From Callorhinchus milii (lineage: Eukaryota), in the NCBI RefSeq assembly GCF_018977255.1, contig NW_024704742.1, forward strand, positions 50,036,001 to 50,100,000: DNA of 64,000 nucleotides, read 5' to 3'. Shown here piece after piece: positions 40,201 to 52,769 of the stretch. The position numbers were made by a program, and so were the translations under genes. The first letter of the stretch is position 1. Each line of letters opens with the position of its first letter. The notes below the pieces were generated by a model that did no database searches, was not told the origin of the DNA, and worked only from the letters and a program-made list of their open reading frames with translations.

Positions 40201-42229
40201 CTTTGCATACCACATGCAAAGATAATTTATAGTTACAGATTCAAGTCGAATGCAGTCCCTGTAAAAAGGATTCCGGTGGAATTATCACTGGGTGGCTGCC
40301 GCAAACAGCACCCACATCATGAACAAGACTTTTCCTCAGTAATTCTCTTTATGACATGGGGAGTCAAAAGATTTCAGCAAGGGCCTGAGTTCTTACTGGA
40401 GCTGACGTCTTGTGAATATATATGGCATACAGGGAATTGCCTGGAGAACACTGGGAACACATCAAAGGCTGTTTCCCTGGCAACTACACAGAGGTGACAC
40501 TGCTTGTGAGCTTTTTTAGATAAGTTGTTGTGAATATTCGAAATTGAAATGTTTTTATTGATATGAATGCTTTGTGAGGGTACCAGATTTTGCCGTATAT
40601 GACTTCAGACAACTTTTAAAGGATGACATTTTAGTCTTGTTATTTTCATTCTTTTAAAATCAGATGGTGACTCTGCTCTGGGAAAATAAATGTGAAGGTT
40701 CATATTATTGTTATGTAAACTTTGAAGTATATTGGCTTTCTAATAGGCCTAGCCCGATACCTCAGCTTTAAGAAGAAAGATCAATTGGTGACCAATTTAA
40801 AGCACATTTACTGAAGAAAAATGGTCTTTTACTTTGCTGTGTTCCTATGTTTTCACAATATCTGTGTGGAGTTTTCTCTTTATTGTTAATAATAAGAACA
40901 AATAATCCTTGCATTTGGTATAGCATTTTCAAGTTTGGAGGATGTCTCAAAGCACTTCACTGGATTTACATTGTGATCAATGTAGGCTATCTTTTCTATG
41001 TAAAATATTTGAGGTGTGTATATGAAATGAGGATAATAATATTCTACTCTCCTGAAGCACATAAAAATAAAGGAGGAATACATTTTCTACATATGTATTG
41101 GAGCTCAGTGATTGCCCCGATCACTCCAAACTACCATCAGTGGTCGTGCCTTCGGTCAATTCTGAAACTCCTGCCTCAATCCCTCTGCCTTATCCCTCTT
41201 TTCCTATGTTTAAGTCCATCTTTGACCATGCCTGTGCTCACCTCTCCCTCTCCCTCGCTCAGCTCCAACTCTGCCAATGCACAGCATTCCAAAATGCTAT
41301 CCTGCATGAAGGGTCTTATATAAATGCAAGTTGTTGTTGGAAATACAAACAATACACAAGCTTATTTTGGTCAACAATAATGCTCAAATATTTTCAGTAT
41401 AATATTCGTACATTGAATACTATGGTATTCCATGACTTTCAACTGATCCCAAAATATTTTCTGGGTTTTCTATAGCACATTGCCTTGTCTATGCACCTCA
41501 TTTTGGCTCATTAAGTAAGTCCTATTGCACCAAAGGATTTTTCCCAGTTAATGTCCTGAGGCACCTCATTGCAGAACTGTCATGTGTAATAAACAGTAGT
41601 TTACTGCTTAATGCTGGATTGCTGACTGCCCCCATGCCCCGTCAAAGGAGATAAGTCTTCAAGGACTTCAGTCCTTTGGGCATCATACTGACTCTTAATA
41701 AATGTTAACAAGAAGATATTCATTGCCTCTGCATGGGCTGCTTTCCTATCTGAGACTCAAAGGTTAAAAGATATGATCGTGTTTCAGAAGTTCTCATGTA
41801 CAATGATCACTATAGTTACCAGTAATAATTGGAACAAGAATTGAGTAGTACCATCACATTTCACAACAGTAGCTGAATAACATACAAGACTCATTTAGTA
41901 TTAGTGTTGAAAATATTCTTGCAATATTGTCCTGCAGGTATTTATCGACCACAAAACATGCACTCAATTCACTTTACAATATATTCTGTGAAGCTCTTGG
42001 AGACGTCTTGAACACCTGATAAGGATTATATCAAATCCAAGGATTATTTATTATTTTATTTGTTTGAATGTAAAGTCTTCAATCGTGTCTGTTTCATAGA
42101 CAGTAAATACACTTTGCACATTCAAAAATTATTGTCTACTTCTATTCTAATACTTATATAATACTGTGAGTGGTATCATAAAGATGTACTTTCTTCAAAC
42201 CCAACACAGCCTTTATGCTTTATATCTCT

Positions 42230-43170
42230 GGGCTGGTGCCAGTCATTGGCAAGTCCACAACAGACCCTCGAGGGAATCCGTGGGATCTGGATGGAGCATT
42301 TTGCTGAGTTGGCATGTAACCCAGCAGAACACAGGAGAGAGCATGGAGATTGGAAAAGCTGGCGAGAGGTGTGGAGCAGATTGAAGGACTTAATGATCCA
42401 GTCATTGAGAGGAATATGCTCCGCATTGGATTGCCTTGCAAATGGTAAAGCTGCAGGCGTGGAGAATATTCATGTTGAGCAGTTAAAAGCTACTCTGAGA
42501 ATGGCAAGCTTTTACTGAGCAATGCCAGGAAGAGTCAACTCGGTTTGGAATTGCCTTTCTAAGACTGGTCAACAGGATCCTATCTGAGGCACATATACAT
42601 CGTCAGTCAGTGTTCCAGAATCCAATTGTGCATTGATCCACAAGAAATATGACGAGTGAGGCTGAGAATCACTAAGAAATCTCACTGATATCAGTGGCTC
42701 TTAAGGTAGGGTGGCCATACGTCCCTGATTTCTAGGCACAGTCCCCAGATGAGGTAATGTGTCCCTGGCCAAATTTGCCATATCTACAACAAGAACATTC
42801 TGAAACAGATGCACTCATCAGAGAAATACAAATTCCACAGGTTTTTCCAGTTCTGCCAGTATCAGGAATTGTGGTGAGTTAAATCTTTTCTACATATGTC
42901 CCTGGATTTGGTTTACAACATATGGTCACCCTATCTTAAGGTGGGGCTTTGTGTAGTCACTGCACATATTGCACAAAGGTGGATTCGAGGCCCGCAATGT
43001 AATCGGGAATGAACAGGCTGGGTTCCATTTCTTTATATGGCTTTATATGAGATCACATCATAAGGCTCAGGGGAAAACCATGCGAGTTACATTCATTGAT
43101 TTGCATAAAACCTTCAACCTGGTGCCTCATGATACCTTCATTAAGATGCTGAAAGTTACGGGGTGTACAT
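42230..43170 (+). mobile_element. Degenerate RT fragment of the same RTE-X-like family, interrupted by a hAT MITE
   Basis: LANGKAAGVENI, EISLISVALK, IGNEQAGF, TFIDLHKTFNLVPHD. Confidence 0.75.
42707..42933. mobile_element. hAT (Blackjack-like) MITE with perfect 8-bp TSD
   Basis: TIRs TAGGGTGGCCATA / TATGGTCACCCTA; TSD TCTTAAGG at 42699-42706 and 42934-42941. Confidence 0.9.
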
Positions 43171-43900
43171 AATTAGAATCCTTGCATTTGATATAGTGCC
43201 TTATCACATCTTCGAGATATCTCAAAGAGCTTCACAGACTATACTGTAAAGTGAATTGACTGTATATTTTGTCGGCGAAATGTTTTGCACAGCAGTGTCC
43301 TACAAACAGTCATAAATTAAGTGAATTTTTTTTAAGGGATTATTACTTTATGTGCAAAGAGTAAACTGTATATTTTGTAGACGAAACTTAGCCATGTATA
43401 TTACATGGCCAAATTCTCTATATTATCCAGGATGTGTGTTCCAGTTCCAAGATACGCGTGTGTGCAAATGGGAGACAAACCAAACTTTTCTCTCTTGTGC
43501 ACAAAAGAGAGAGAGAGCTACACGTTTGGACTTTCTTAATCATTAAAATATGATTATGTTTCACAATCGGAGTAATTATAGAAATCACATAACATTTTCA
43601 AGTTACATTTTCAAAAACCCAATTGATCACAATTGTCAGGGATCCTCATTGCTGATACTTTTCCGCACAAACCAGGCTGCGCATAAACTGTCAGAAAACC
43701 AGTGATGCAGTAAGACTGACATGATGGTTAACTAAATATTAACAACACAAATTTAGAATTGATTTCTACCCTCATGGTTGAGTAACATAGGAAACAGCAG
43801 AACGTTCTGCTCTCACGTCTATCAATTAATTCCTCCTAAATTGCATTCAAAATGTCACCATAGCCATATCAGCGACCCCACTCTGCTGAATTTGATTATC

Positions 43901-44273
43901 TGGAGTCCTGTAGTTCATTGGTTAGAACACTCGCCTTACAAGCAAGAGGACCTAGGTTCGATTCGCGGCAGGGCGAAATGTTGGGCAAGTTTCCTTGCTC
44001 CAAATGCCTCTGTTTACCTAGCAGTAAGTAGGAACCTGGTTGTTAGTTGATTGGCGGATCGCTTTTCTGGGTTTAATAATCCCTTAAAAATAAAATAATA
44101 ATAATTTGGTCGCTAATCCACGACTGTTTGTGGGACACTGCTGTGCACCATTGACTGCCACATTTCACCTACAAATATACAGTCAATTCACTTTACAGTA
44201 CATTCTGTGAAGCACTTTGAGTTGTCTAGAAGACATGATAGCATTGGATTATCAAATGCACGGATTATTATTA
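43901..44273 (+). mobile_element. SINE family A, full length
   Basis: A box, B box (GGTTCGATTC), complete body and tail. Confidence 0.9.
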
Positions 44274-46344
44274 CCTAGTGGAATAATGATCCTTACATTT
44301 GATACAGCATCTGTAATATCAAATGATTCAAAATACTTCACGGAGAATTCCTGTTTAAGGGCAGTGGCTGTATATTTTTATGCAATTTGTAAGTAAGTGT
44401 AGTGACTGCATATTTGCCGTTGTAATTACCAGCAAGCTGATTTCAGCCAACTGGAATTGGCACCCCTGGCAAAGAAAAACACCCAGGGATCATTCCAAGA
44501 ACTGCAGAAAACTAGATTCCAAATTAAGATTGAATTTAAGAAATATATAAAATTCTGCACAAACTTAAAATTTAAGACAATGGTCAAATGTCAAGCTTGT
44601 ATGCAGCGTGCATAGGCCATTGGGTGAGGACATTACAAGATCACAAGATTGGTTTGAATGAAGAAAGCCCTTCAGTCCATCTGATCTCATCCTTGCAGAA
44701 TACTCACCCTACACCCTACCCCAATCACAGTATCAAACTGCTTTTTACATGGGTCCAGCTTCCTGGCCTCAACCGCTCTTCCTGATTTCTGTCCTGAAAT
44801 TGCCTTTTAGAACTCTAAACCTACATCCTCTTAGAACAATTCTACTGGCTTCAAGAAGTGCTATCCTACTTAAAGCATACTATATCAATGCAAGTTGCTG
44901 TTGTTGTCTTGGTGCATCCTATAGTATTGATCTGGGTTGACTTCTGACCATGACAGTGATATCGTCCATGGATAGATAGTTTCATTGATGAACCAAACAA
45001 GCTGATCGTCCATCTACAATGTCTTGCGATCATGCAGACCTGCCTATATTTACCAAGCATTTCTCCTCAAAAACAGTTGAACCCCAGGCAAATCTTGTTT
45101 ACCTTCCTCCTTCCCCAAGGAAGGTGGTGTTGTTGGAGGCTACTGTGAAATATAAGGTGTCTTATGAGATACACTTTTGATCACAAGGCATCTTTTCTTG
45201 TAAAAGGCACTATCAACCTTGCTTTTTTCCTGAACAGCATTTTTTAATCCATGTGGTACACTACTTATTTTAATGATCATGAAAGAGTAAGGATCTATCA
45301 TAACCCATCCTTCAGTTGAGACGTTAAACCAAGGTCTTTCCTGCCTGTTGAGGTGGACGTTAAGGATCCCAATGACTATTAAGAAAGTGAATGGTTTCTC
45401 CTGGTGTCCTGGCCAAAAAAACACAAAAAAAATTGATCATTTGTGGGACAGTGCTATGTGCAAACTGGCTGCCGATTTTGCCCACAAAATACGCAGTCAA
45501 TCCACTTTACAGCGCATCCTGTGAGGCACTTTGAAACATCCCTATGACATAATAAGGTGCTATATTATTATTTTATTATTTTTATAACAGGACTGGTTGT
45601 GTCTTAGAATTGCTATAAAATTCGAAATATGGAAAACCCAACATAAAGAACTTTTGAAAAAAATGTTTTTCTATTAACTTGGCAAGGAGCAATTATTTTG
45701 GTTTGGTGATACTGCTGTAAGAATCGATTGTACAATTTTAAAAGAATTAAAATGGGCTGTTTATGTATTGGAAGTAATGTACATGTAACTATTTAATTTT
45801 GGTTTGAAAATAGTTCTGCTTAAATTATTCAGTTGCTTTTAATACTATGATTTTTTCACACAAACAGTTTGTGGGATAAAAATATATACTTTACATTTTA
45901 CAGCTACCGAAACATAGTCAGTAGCTGTAAACTGTTGACATATTTATATAAGATACTAAATGCTGCTTTGATGAAGATAGCATGGTTTAATTTGCACATC
46001 TCAATGGATTTCTTCATATCAAATGTGTAATTATTGAATTTCTGAAGATTATCTGTTTAATTCGCAATGTTTCTTAACTCAGTCATTGGGCTAATTAATA
46101 CAAGGAATAATAATAAAAAAAATTAACATGAATGGGTCAAGAATCACAACAAATTTTATCCTATAACATGTGCAGAAGCAGTATCAATATTAGATTTGTT
46201 TTCAAATCATGTAAATAAAAGGCTGTGACACACAACTACAACAGGATCGCCAGATATCAGTCTGGTGGGCAAATGCACTTACTCAGTTGGTTGAAAGCAA
46301 CAAGCTGAGGAAGGCATTGTCTGAGGCTTTACAAAGATGCCAAA

Positions 46345-47250
46345 GATTGTACAGCACGGAAACAGGCCACTCGGCCTAACCAGTCCATACTGTGTTTATA
46401 CTTCACACGGATCTTCACCATTCCTTACTCCCTCCCAAACCCTCCTATTCCCAACTTCTTCATGTGACATCTAGCTTCCTCTTCAATGAATCTACACTTT
46501 CTGATTCAACCATCGCTTTAGACAACAATCTCACTAGCCTCTACATGAAGTAATTCCTCCTAAATTCTCTTTTAGATCCCTTAGTCACTATATTATATTT
46601 GTGTCCATTGCTTATGGACTCCCCAACCAGTGAAAACAGGCTCGTTATGTTAACCTTATTGAACCCTTCCATAATTTTAATTACTTCTATTAGGCCCCCC
46701 CCTTTAACATCTCTACTCTAGCAAAAAAGGCCAAACCTATCCAGAGTATCCTGATAGCAGAAACTTGCCAGCTCTGTATCATTCTCGTAAACCTATGCTG
46801 TACTCTTCCCATCACTGTTTTATCCTTCTTAAAATGCGGAGACCAGAAATGGACACAATAAATGTGGTCTAACCAAGATTTTGTAATAATTCAACATCAC
46901 CTACTCCACATCCCCCACCCGGCCAGCCTGGCCTGCCAGACCTTTGGCAGTCTTTCAGACTCTCTGCCCCCACCCTTTGGAACACCATCCTACACCCTTC
47001 GTCTCGCTCTGTCACTTGCCTCCTTCAAGGCATGTCTCAAGACCCACCTATCTCTTGCCTTCGGTCACCCTCCTTCCCCTACGGTACCTTTCCTCCAGCC
47101 TCCCTGATCCCAAACCTTTGCTGGATCAAAGTTTCTGATTGTCCATCAGTTTGGGACGTCCTCCTGAAATGAAAGACGCTATACAAATGTATTTTGTTGT
47201 TGTTATATTCTATCTATCTGGATATAAAGCCCAAGACCCCATTAGCCTTT
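46345..47250 (-). mobile_element. CR1 fragment interrupted by an L2
   Basis: acagcacggaaacaggccactcggcc terminus; gaccagaaatggacacaata..gtggtctaacc motif. Confidence 0.7.
46900..47205 (+). mobile_element. L2 3' fragment nested within a CR1 fragment
   Basis: SFKACLKTHL peptide and L2 tail ending ttgttgttgtt. Confidence 0.75.
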
Positions 47251-48714
47251 TTTGTTGCCTTATCTTCCTGTTTTGAAAAACCGTGAGGGTAAGAGCAGCA
47301 AAAAAACTAAGGCTTTAACACATCTTTTGAAAAAAAGGCGAAAGAGTTCACTGCAGGGCAGAAAATTATGTAAGCTGTTTATAAGCAAGATGTTGATAAC
47401 TACCCTACTTTGAAAAATTAACATAGCAAGATGAAATCAAAATCATTTTAGCCTTCAGGAATAATTTGGAATATTTCTGTTCTATTGTTATTCCTTCATG
47501 GGAATTATTACCATTATTTGGTAGATAGATTGCATCAGAGTGCATGACATGAATGGAGGTATCCTCAAGTCAGTTATCAGAGAAAATCCCCATTAGGATG
47601 ACTCCAGTTTCTTATCAAGGAATCCCTGTAAGATCACAAATTAGATTTCATTATGACTCCATGCTCAAAATTCCATCGGGATATCAGATTGGAGTTAATG
47701 ACACATTGTTAAGAGTTGGGCATTTTTGATAATGTAATACTATTTGAAGATGTTTTTCATATACACAATACAATAGTACCGTCAATAACCTTCATTTAAT
47801 CTTGTTCACTTATTCTTTACAGGCAAATGTAACTGCAAATTTTGTCCTTTTCATCTGTGTTTAGACAAGTGTTCCTTGTAGCGCTTTGAGACCTCGCAAA
47901 GTAAAAGGCACAGGTTAAATGTAAATTGTTTCATATTATAAAGCTGTTGGCGCAAACATTCTTAAAGCTCATCTTAGAAGAACCAGGCATGTCAGTTTGG
48001 AAAGAGCTTATATTGCACAATATGTTCCTTTGAGTGTAGACTTTTTTTTCCTCATATCCATAAACTAATATCTCTCAGTGCCAAGCTGCCAGGTGCACAA
48101 ACTACTAACCATTTATCTCTGCTGTGCCCAGCCAGCAGTTGCAATGGTACATCTCACCAGAGTAGCGCACCTTGGGATTTGAAGAGTGACTTCAGAGTTT
48201 CGTTCAACAAGCTTGGAGCCATTTGGCTGCAAATGGATGAATCAGTTTTTCTGCTTTGAATCATACCCTGCTTTGTAGTGTGAATATGAAAGTACCTCAG
48301 TGTTGCTAGCTGATCAAAATACTGGCCCTGAAAATGTCAGCTTTCCCTCAGGACACAAGTTTACTTTGGCTGACTCTGTAAGCATGATACGCTTCGTGGG
48401 TAGATGGTGGTGGAAATACAATTTACATTTATATAGCGTCTTTTATGTCAGGAGGACATGAAAACATTTAACACAACTGGCTGTGCACCAGATAGCTTTT
48501 TGTTAAGTAAGGGTATCAAGAGATATGGGGCAACTTCAGGTAAGGGGCTGAATGGCCTATTCCTGTTCCTATGTTCCTATGAAACAATTCCAATATGCTG
48601 TGGGTGAGCTCAGACAGTGAATGCTGGCAGATTAATTATCCATCAACCACATGCATGTATTTTTCAGCCTGAGGTTGGTGGGGGAGGGGGGGGAGTGGTG
48701 GTTGGAGTGGACCC

Positions 48715-48850
48715 TGAAGAGCAATCAGGAGTGGGAACTCTGTCTGATTTTCCACTTCCGTGCTGAGAACAATTGCAACCTCTTCCCCCTTTTGTCAGTG
48801 ATCGACTGAGATTGCATCTGGGATCCTCTGATCTGGATGGCTTAGTGGTC
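48715..48850 (-). mobile_element. Possible third, old tRNA-derived SINE fragment
   Basis: gagcaatcaggagtgggaactctgtctgattttcc...ctgggatcctctgatctggatggcttagt resembles an elasmobranch SINE 5' region (from recall only). Confidence 0.35.
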
Positions 48851-51512
48851 AACTGGGTTGTTCCTTTACTGACTAAGACATTGAGAAACTTATTTGTTTG
48901 GCAGCAGGAGTCCAGCCAGTAATCAATATTCAGCCTAACTCAAATGGAGTGGACTGTATCTATCCTCTGCCTTCCATCTTTGCTTGGATCACTCTTTCAA
49001 GAATGGGATTTGTTATTCCGACATACATGGAGAGTTCTGGATTCCATTCCAAAGCTTTCTGATGCTGCTTGACTCACTGCAAGACTCAGGGGTTTACTTG
49101 ATTCTTTACTTTGCCAACTCCATGCTTCACCGATGCAAATGGGTGCTGAGTAGTGTTTCTGGGTCTCTGCTATTGTGCTCACTTGCAACAGAACTGCTCC
49201 TGGAAGTAAAGACAATTTAGCTGCTTGGAGCTCTACTGGGATTGTCTTTCAGAGATGGCAGTATTAATTTTGTGATGTGATCTAACTGGCACAAATGCCT
49301 TCAACGCTATACCTTGTGTATCAAGTTGAAGTGCAGCAATGTTGGTTAACACAATGGACAGAAGGAAATAAATTTCAAGGTGACCTCTAGAAAACTGAGA
49401 ACAAAATGACTTAAAATGCAGAAAGGATAAAGATAAATGTGAGAAGAAAATATATCACAAATGCTAGGGGTTTGAATAAGATCATGCCACCTTTGAGAAA
49501 TGGTATCTTCATTAGATTAACTCTAGACCCACAAATCCATATTCCATCCTTTGGATGAGACATTAAACCAAAGTCACATCTACCTGTTCAGATGGATATT
49601 AAAGATCCCATAGCACTATTCAAAAAGAGAAGGGGTTTCTTCTGGTGTGCTGGCCAACAATCCAACAAATAAAATCGGTCATTTTATTTAGGATTAGCTC
49701 TACAGTGGTGACTGGTTGTATGTTCCTTCCAATTCCATGATAGGTGCTGAGAAGATTATATGTTTGACTCTACGAAGAGGATGTTTCATTAGAAAAAAGA
49801 TGATACCCTGCTTCAAGGACCATGCTATACTTAAATCCCAAAGTATAAGAGGGATCAACTTACAGTACTTTCCATTGTAATAAAATAAAATTATCCACTT
49901 TAAAATAGACCTCTCTCCAACAAGCAAAATAAAGACCAAATCCAGAGTGCAAGGGTACATCTAACTAATAGTAGACGAGTGGGGCCAAATCTGCACAGCT
50001 TGTAATTGTGTGTGTCTGTTTGATTTGTGGTAGTTTAGAGTTCTCTGTAGCTCCTGATAATAGACAGACTTCTAACTCACTGTGTGTAATAAGCAGAGAT
50101 CTCAATAGTGAGCCTGATCCATTATCCTTGACAAGACTGAACTTTCTCTATTAGATTGACATTTCTTATTCAAAAGATCATATGAACTCAATTTCCAATG
50201 TTAAATGTTCTTATGCTCTTCTCTATGACCTTCAACATTTTGTAGCTTAGATGTTATGAATGGCTACATGAAATACAGCTTAGAGTGATCTCATCTATGT
50301 TCACAATCATGGGTACAAACACTGCTGTTTGGATCTATCTACATCTGTTGGTGAGCAAGTTAAGGTAGTGTGGCTCCTGCTCACCAGTGCCATCCTATAG
50401 TTCAGACTTGGTAGTTGGGAGTCTAACAAAAGTCTGTTTTCAATTTACTACTGGATCATAAGAATGGTAAAGTAAAAGTGCTGAGGAATATCTGTACTTT
50501 CATTACATTAAATAAGTTCTGTCATTGAGATATTAACTTTGTAAATTAAGTTCCAAAACAGATTCCCAGTCAGTGAGGCACCTTGTGACGTACACCAACA
50601 ACATGATTTGATATGCAACATTGCAAAGACTCTTTGAGGATCCTCAAGAGCTGTGATGCCAAATTGACCACAAATACACTTTTATTGTACTAAATATGTA
50701 TATATATATAGCTCTGCAAATGATTTGAAATGACTATCATAATGAGACCACTTGTGCTTTGATGTATCCCCAGTCAAAGCAAACTATGGGTCTCGTACAT
50801 TATTCTCAAAGACATTCTTGAGACTACAACAGAGTGGACATATTAACACTGCACTGTACAAATACCATTTGTAAGCTTTATTAGTAAATGTCATCTGGTG
50901 GGGAAAACTTTAAATGCTTGTACCATCCACTGCAGTAGACATAATACATTAATATCTAGCAAGTGTCTATTCAAATGTAAAGACAGCTGAGATTGTGCAG
51001 AATTACAGGTTCAATTCATTACAAGTTATTTATAAATTAAATTAACAATAATTTAGAAAAACAAATCAAACTACAAACATATAGTATCAGTGTTTCACAG
51101 AAATGCAATACAATTCATCTGTCTAAAGGTTATGACTTATAAATGATTAGATGTTGCATAGAAGTAAATATTACAATCTACACCGTTCAAAGCCAGCAAT
51201 ATATAACATTGAAACATGTTTTGCATTGGTAACTCGTGCAGCTTAGTATTGTATCACCAGGTTTCAAATTAAAATCAATACAATACAGAAAATATTGTAT
51301 TGCTCAATTTAGCTTATAATTTGGAATCAGTTCACGCGTGACAAAACAGCAAAGCAGAAATATAATAAACCAAATCATTCTAAGACAGATGTCAAGGGCA
51401 CTGCTGCATACATTCATAACATTCTATTGATGTGCAAGCATTGCAGTAAGCATAAAAAGGCAATCTCTCACTGTCAGGGACATTTAAAATACGTTTTGAT
51501 CCAGGCACTTAC

Positions 51513-51619
51513 CAGGCTGTCAGAGAAAACACGACCAAGATGCAGAGATAGAATTTTAAGAGAAAGGAAGAAGCAGCAGGAAGGAAAAAGAGCATAAAAG
51601 ATTGTTTCTCTGAGCCCAT
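51513..51619 (-). CDS. gabrg1: GABA-A receptor gamma-1 subunit, coding exon 1 (signal peptide MGSEKQSFMLFFLPAASSFLLKFYLCILVVFSLTA)
   Basis: ATG in strong Kozak context (GCAATGG), hydrophobic signal-like peptide, donor TG|GTAAGT in phase 2. It joins exon 2 to give ...[13 protein letters not shown], parallel to mammalian gamma1 ...LGNC-VDKADDED. Confidence 0.82.
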
Positions 51620-52404
51620 TGCGGACAGTGCGTTTAGTGGAACAACCCTACTCCACAGCTGTAGAACAATCCAACCCAACCTGCAACCGGAACCACACAC
51701 ACTCATGTAAATGACAGTGAAAACAGCCATACAAAAGGCAGATCCCTTCCATAACTTACAAGAATAAACCTTTCTGCCAATGAGATATGACTGGGAGGGA
51801 CTGCCAAAACCACTGTGTTCAATATGTCAATGTTGCTGGAGATGTGTTGTCTTTTTGTAGAAGGAAAAATAGTTTCTTAATGTGATTTAAGCATCCAGAA
51901 TTATAATTATTACCTACAGCTCTTGTTTAGCATGCTCTGGTACCTTCCACTGTGCCTTTCTAATGTAGTCAGTTAAAAATACTGTGCATGCTGCATCCCC
52001 TAAGGGAGTTGTACTCTTTAATTAACAATGGTTGTAAAATTCTAAACTTACTGTAACATTTTGCCTTTAGGCAGTTTGGGATTTGCCGCAGAGTACGGTT
52101 CGATCAAGATTCAGACAGCAAATTAAATTTGGAGTAGCAGTTTCAACCAAAGCAGTATATATGTTTACTCACTATCAACTAAGCCCTCTCTGACAATCCT
52201 GCCACCAACAGAAGGCACAGCAGCACAGCATAAAGCCCCAAGACTGACTTGTATCATTCACCGACCATCAGGATGGTCCTGCATCCAGACTGACTGTGAC
52301 TTACATAGGAAGATTAGAACCAGAGGGATAGGAGATGAGGAGATCTGTGGTATAATGCAAGCAGTCCAGCCTGTTAGATCAGAGGAGAGCAATGGGGATG
52401 AACT

Positions 52405-52710
52405 CAGTGTTAGAGGAATGAGCTATGAGGAATTATTAGATAAGCTATTGCTCTTCAGCCTTGAAAAGATACATGTCAGAGAAAACCTTGAGATATACAG
52501 GACGTAAAATAGGAATGAGAAAGTAGACCCAGGACAATACTTTAAAATGGACCAAAGAAGAAGAACCTGAGGCAACAAGTTACCGGTTGTGAAATGCAAT
52601 TTCAGGATAGATGACAATGAGTATTTCTTTATGAAGATGGTAATTAATAACTAGAATGGGTTGCCAGAAAGACTGTCTGAGGTTAGAATGCTGAGCTTAT
52701 TCACAAAGCA
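52405..52710 (+). mobile_element. Degenerate CR1 ORF2 C-terminal fragment
   Basis: Translates as RGMSYEELLDKLLLFSLEK...EYFFMKMVINN*NGLP. Confidence 0.7.
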
Positions 52711-52769
52711 ATTTGGTGCCGTAAAGAGAGAATGGTAGGTTGGGTAATCTTGAAGGATAAAATCAATTT

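Noticed and set aside
40847..41475. Longer ORFs of 158 and 125 aa (similar ones at 10996, 4211, 25825)
   Set aside because: They have no recognisable domains or splice support, and several overlap SINE or L2 remnants.
43901..43975. tRNA gene-like sequences (also 8312, 21678, 33468, 54530, 57420)
   Set aside because: They have poor acceptor stems and run directly into a SINE body and tail, so they are SINE heads rather than tRNA genes.
1171..51619. Assignment as gabrg2, gabrg3 or gabrg4/epsilon
   Set aside because: [40 protein letters not shown] and YWRLYQFAF all fit gamma1 best, despite the Phe77-like residue.
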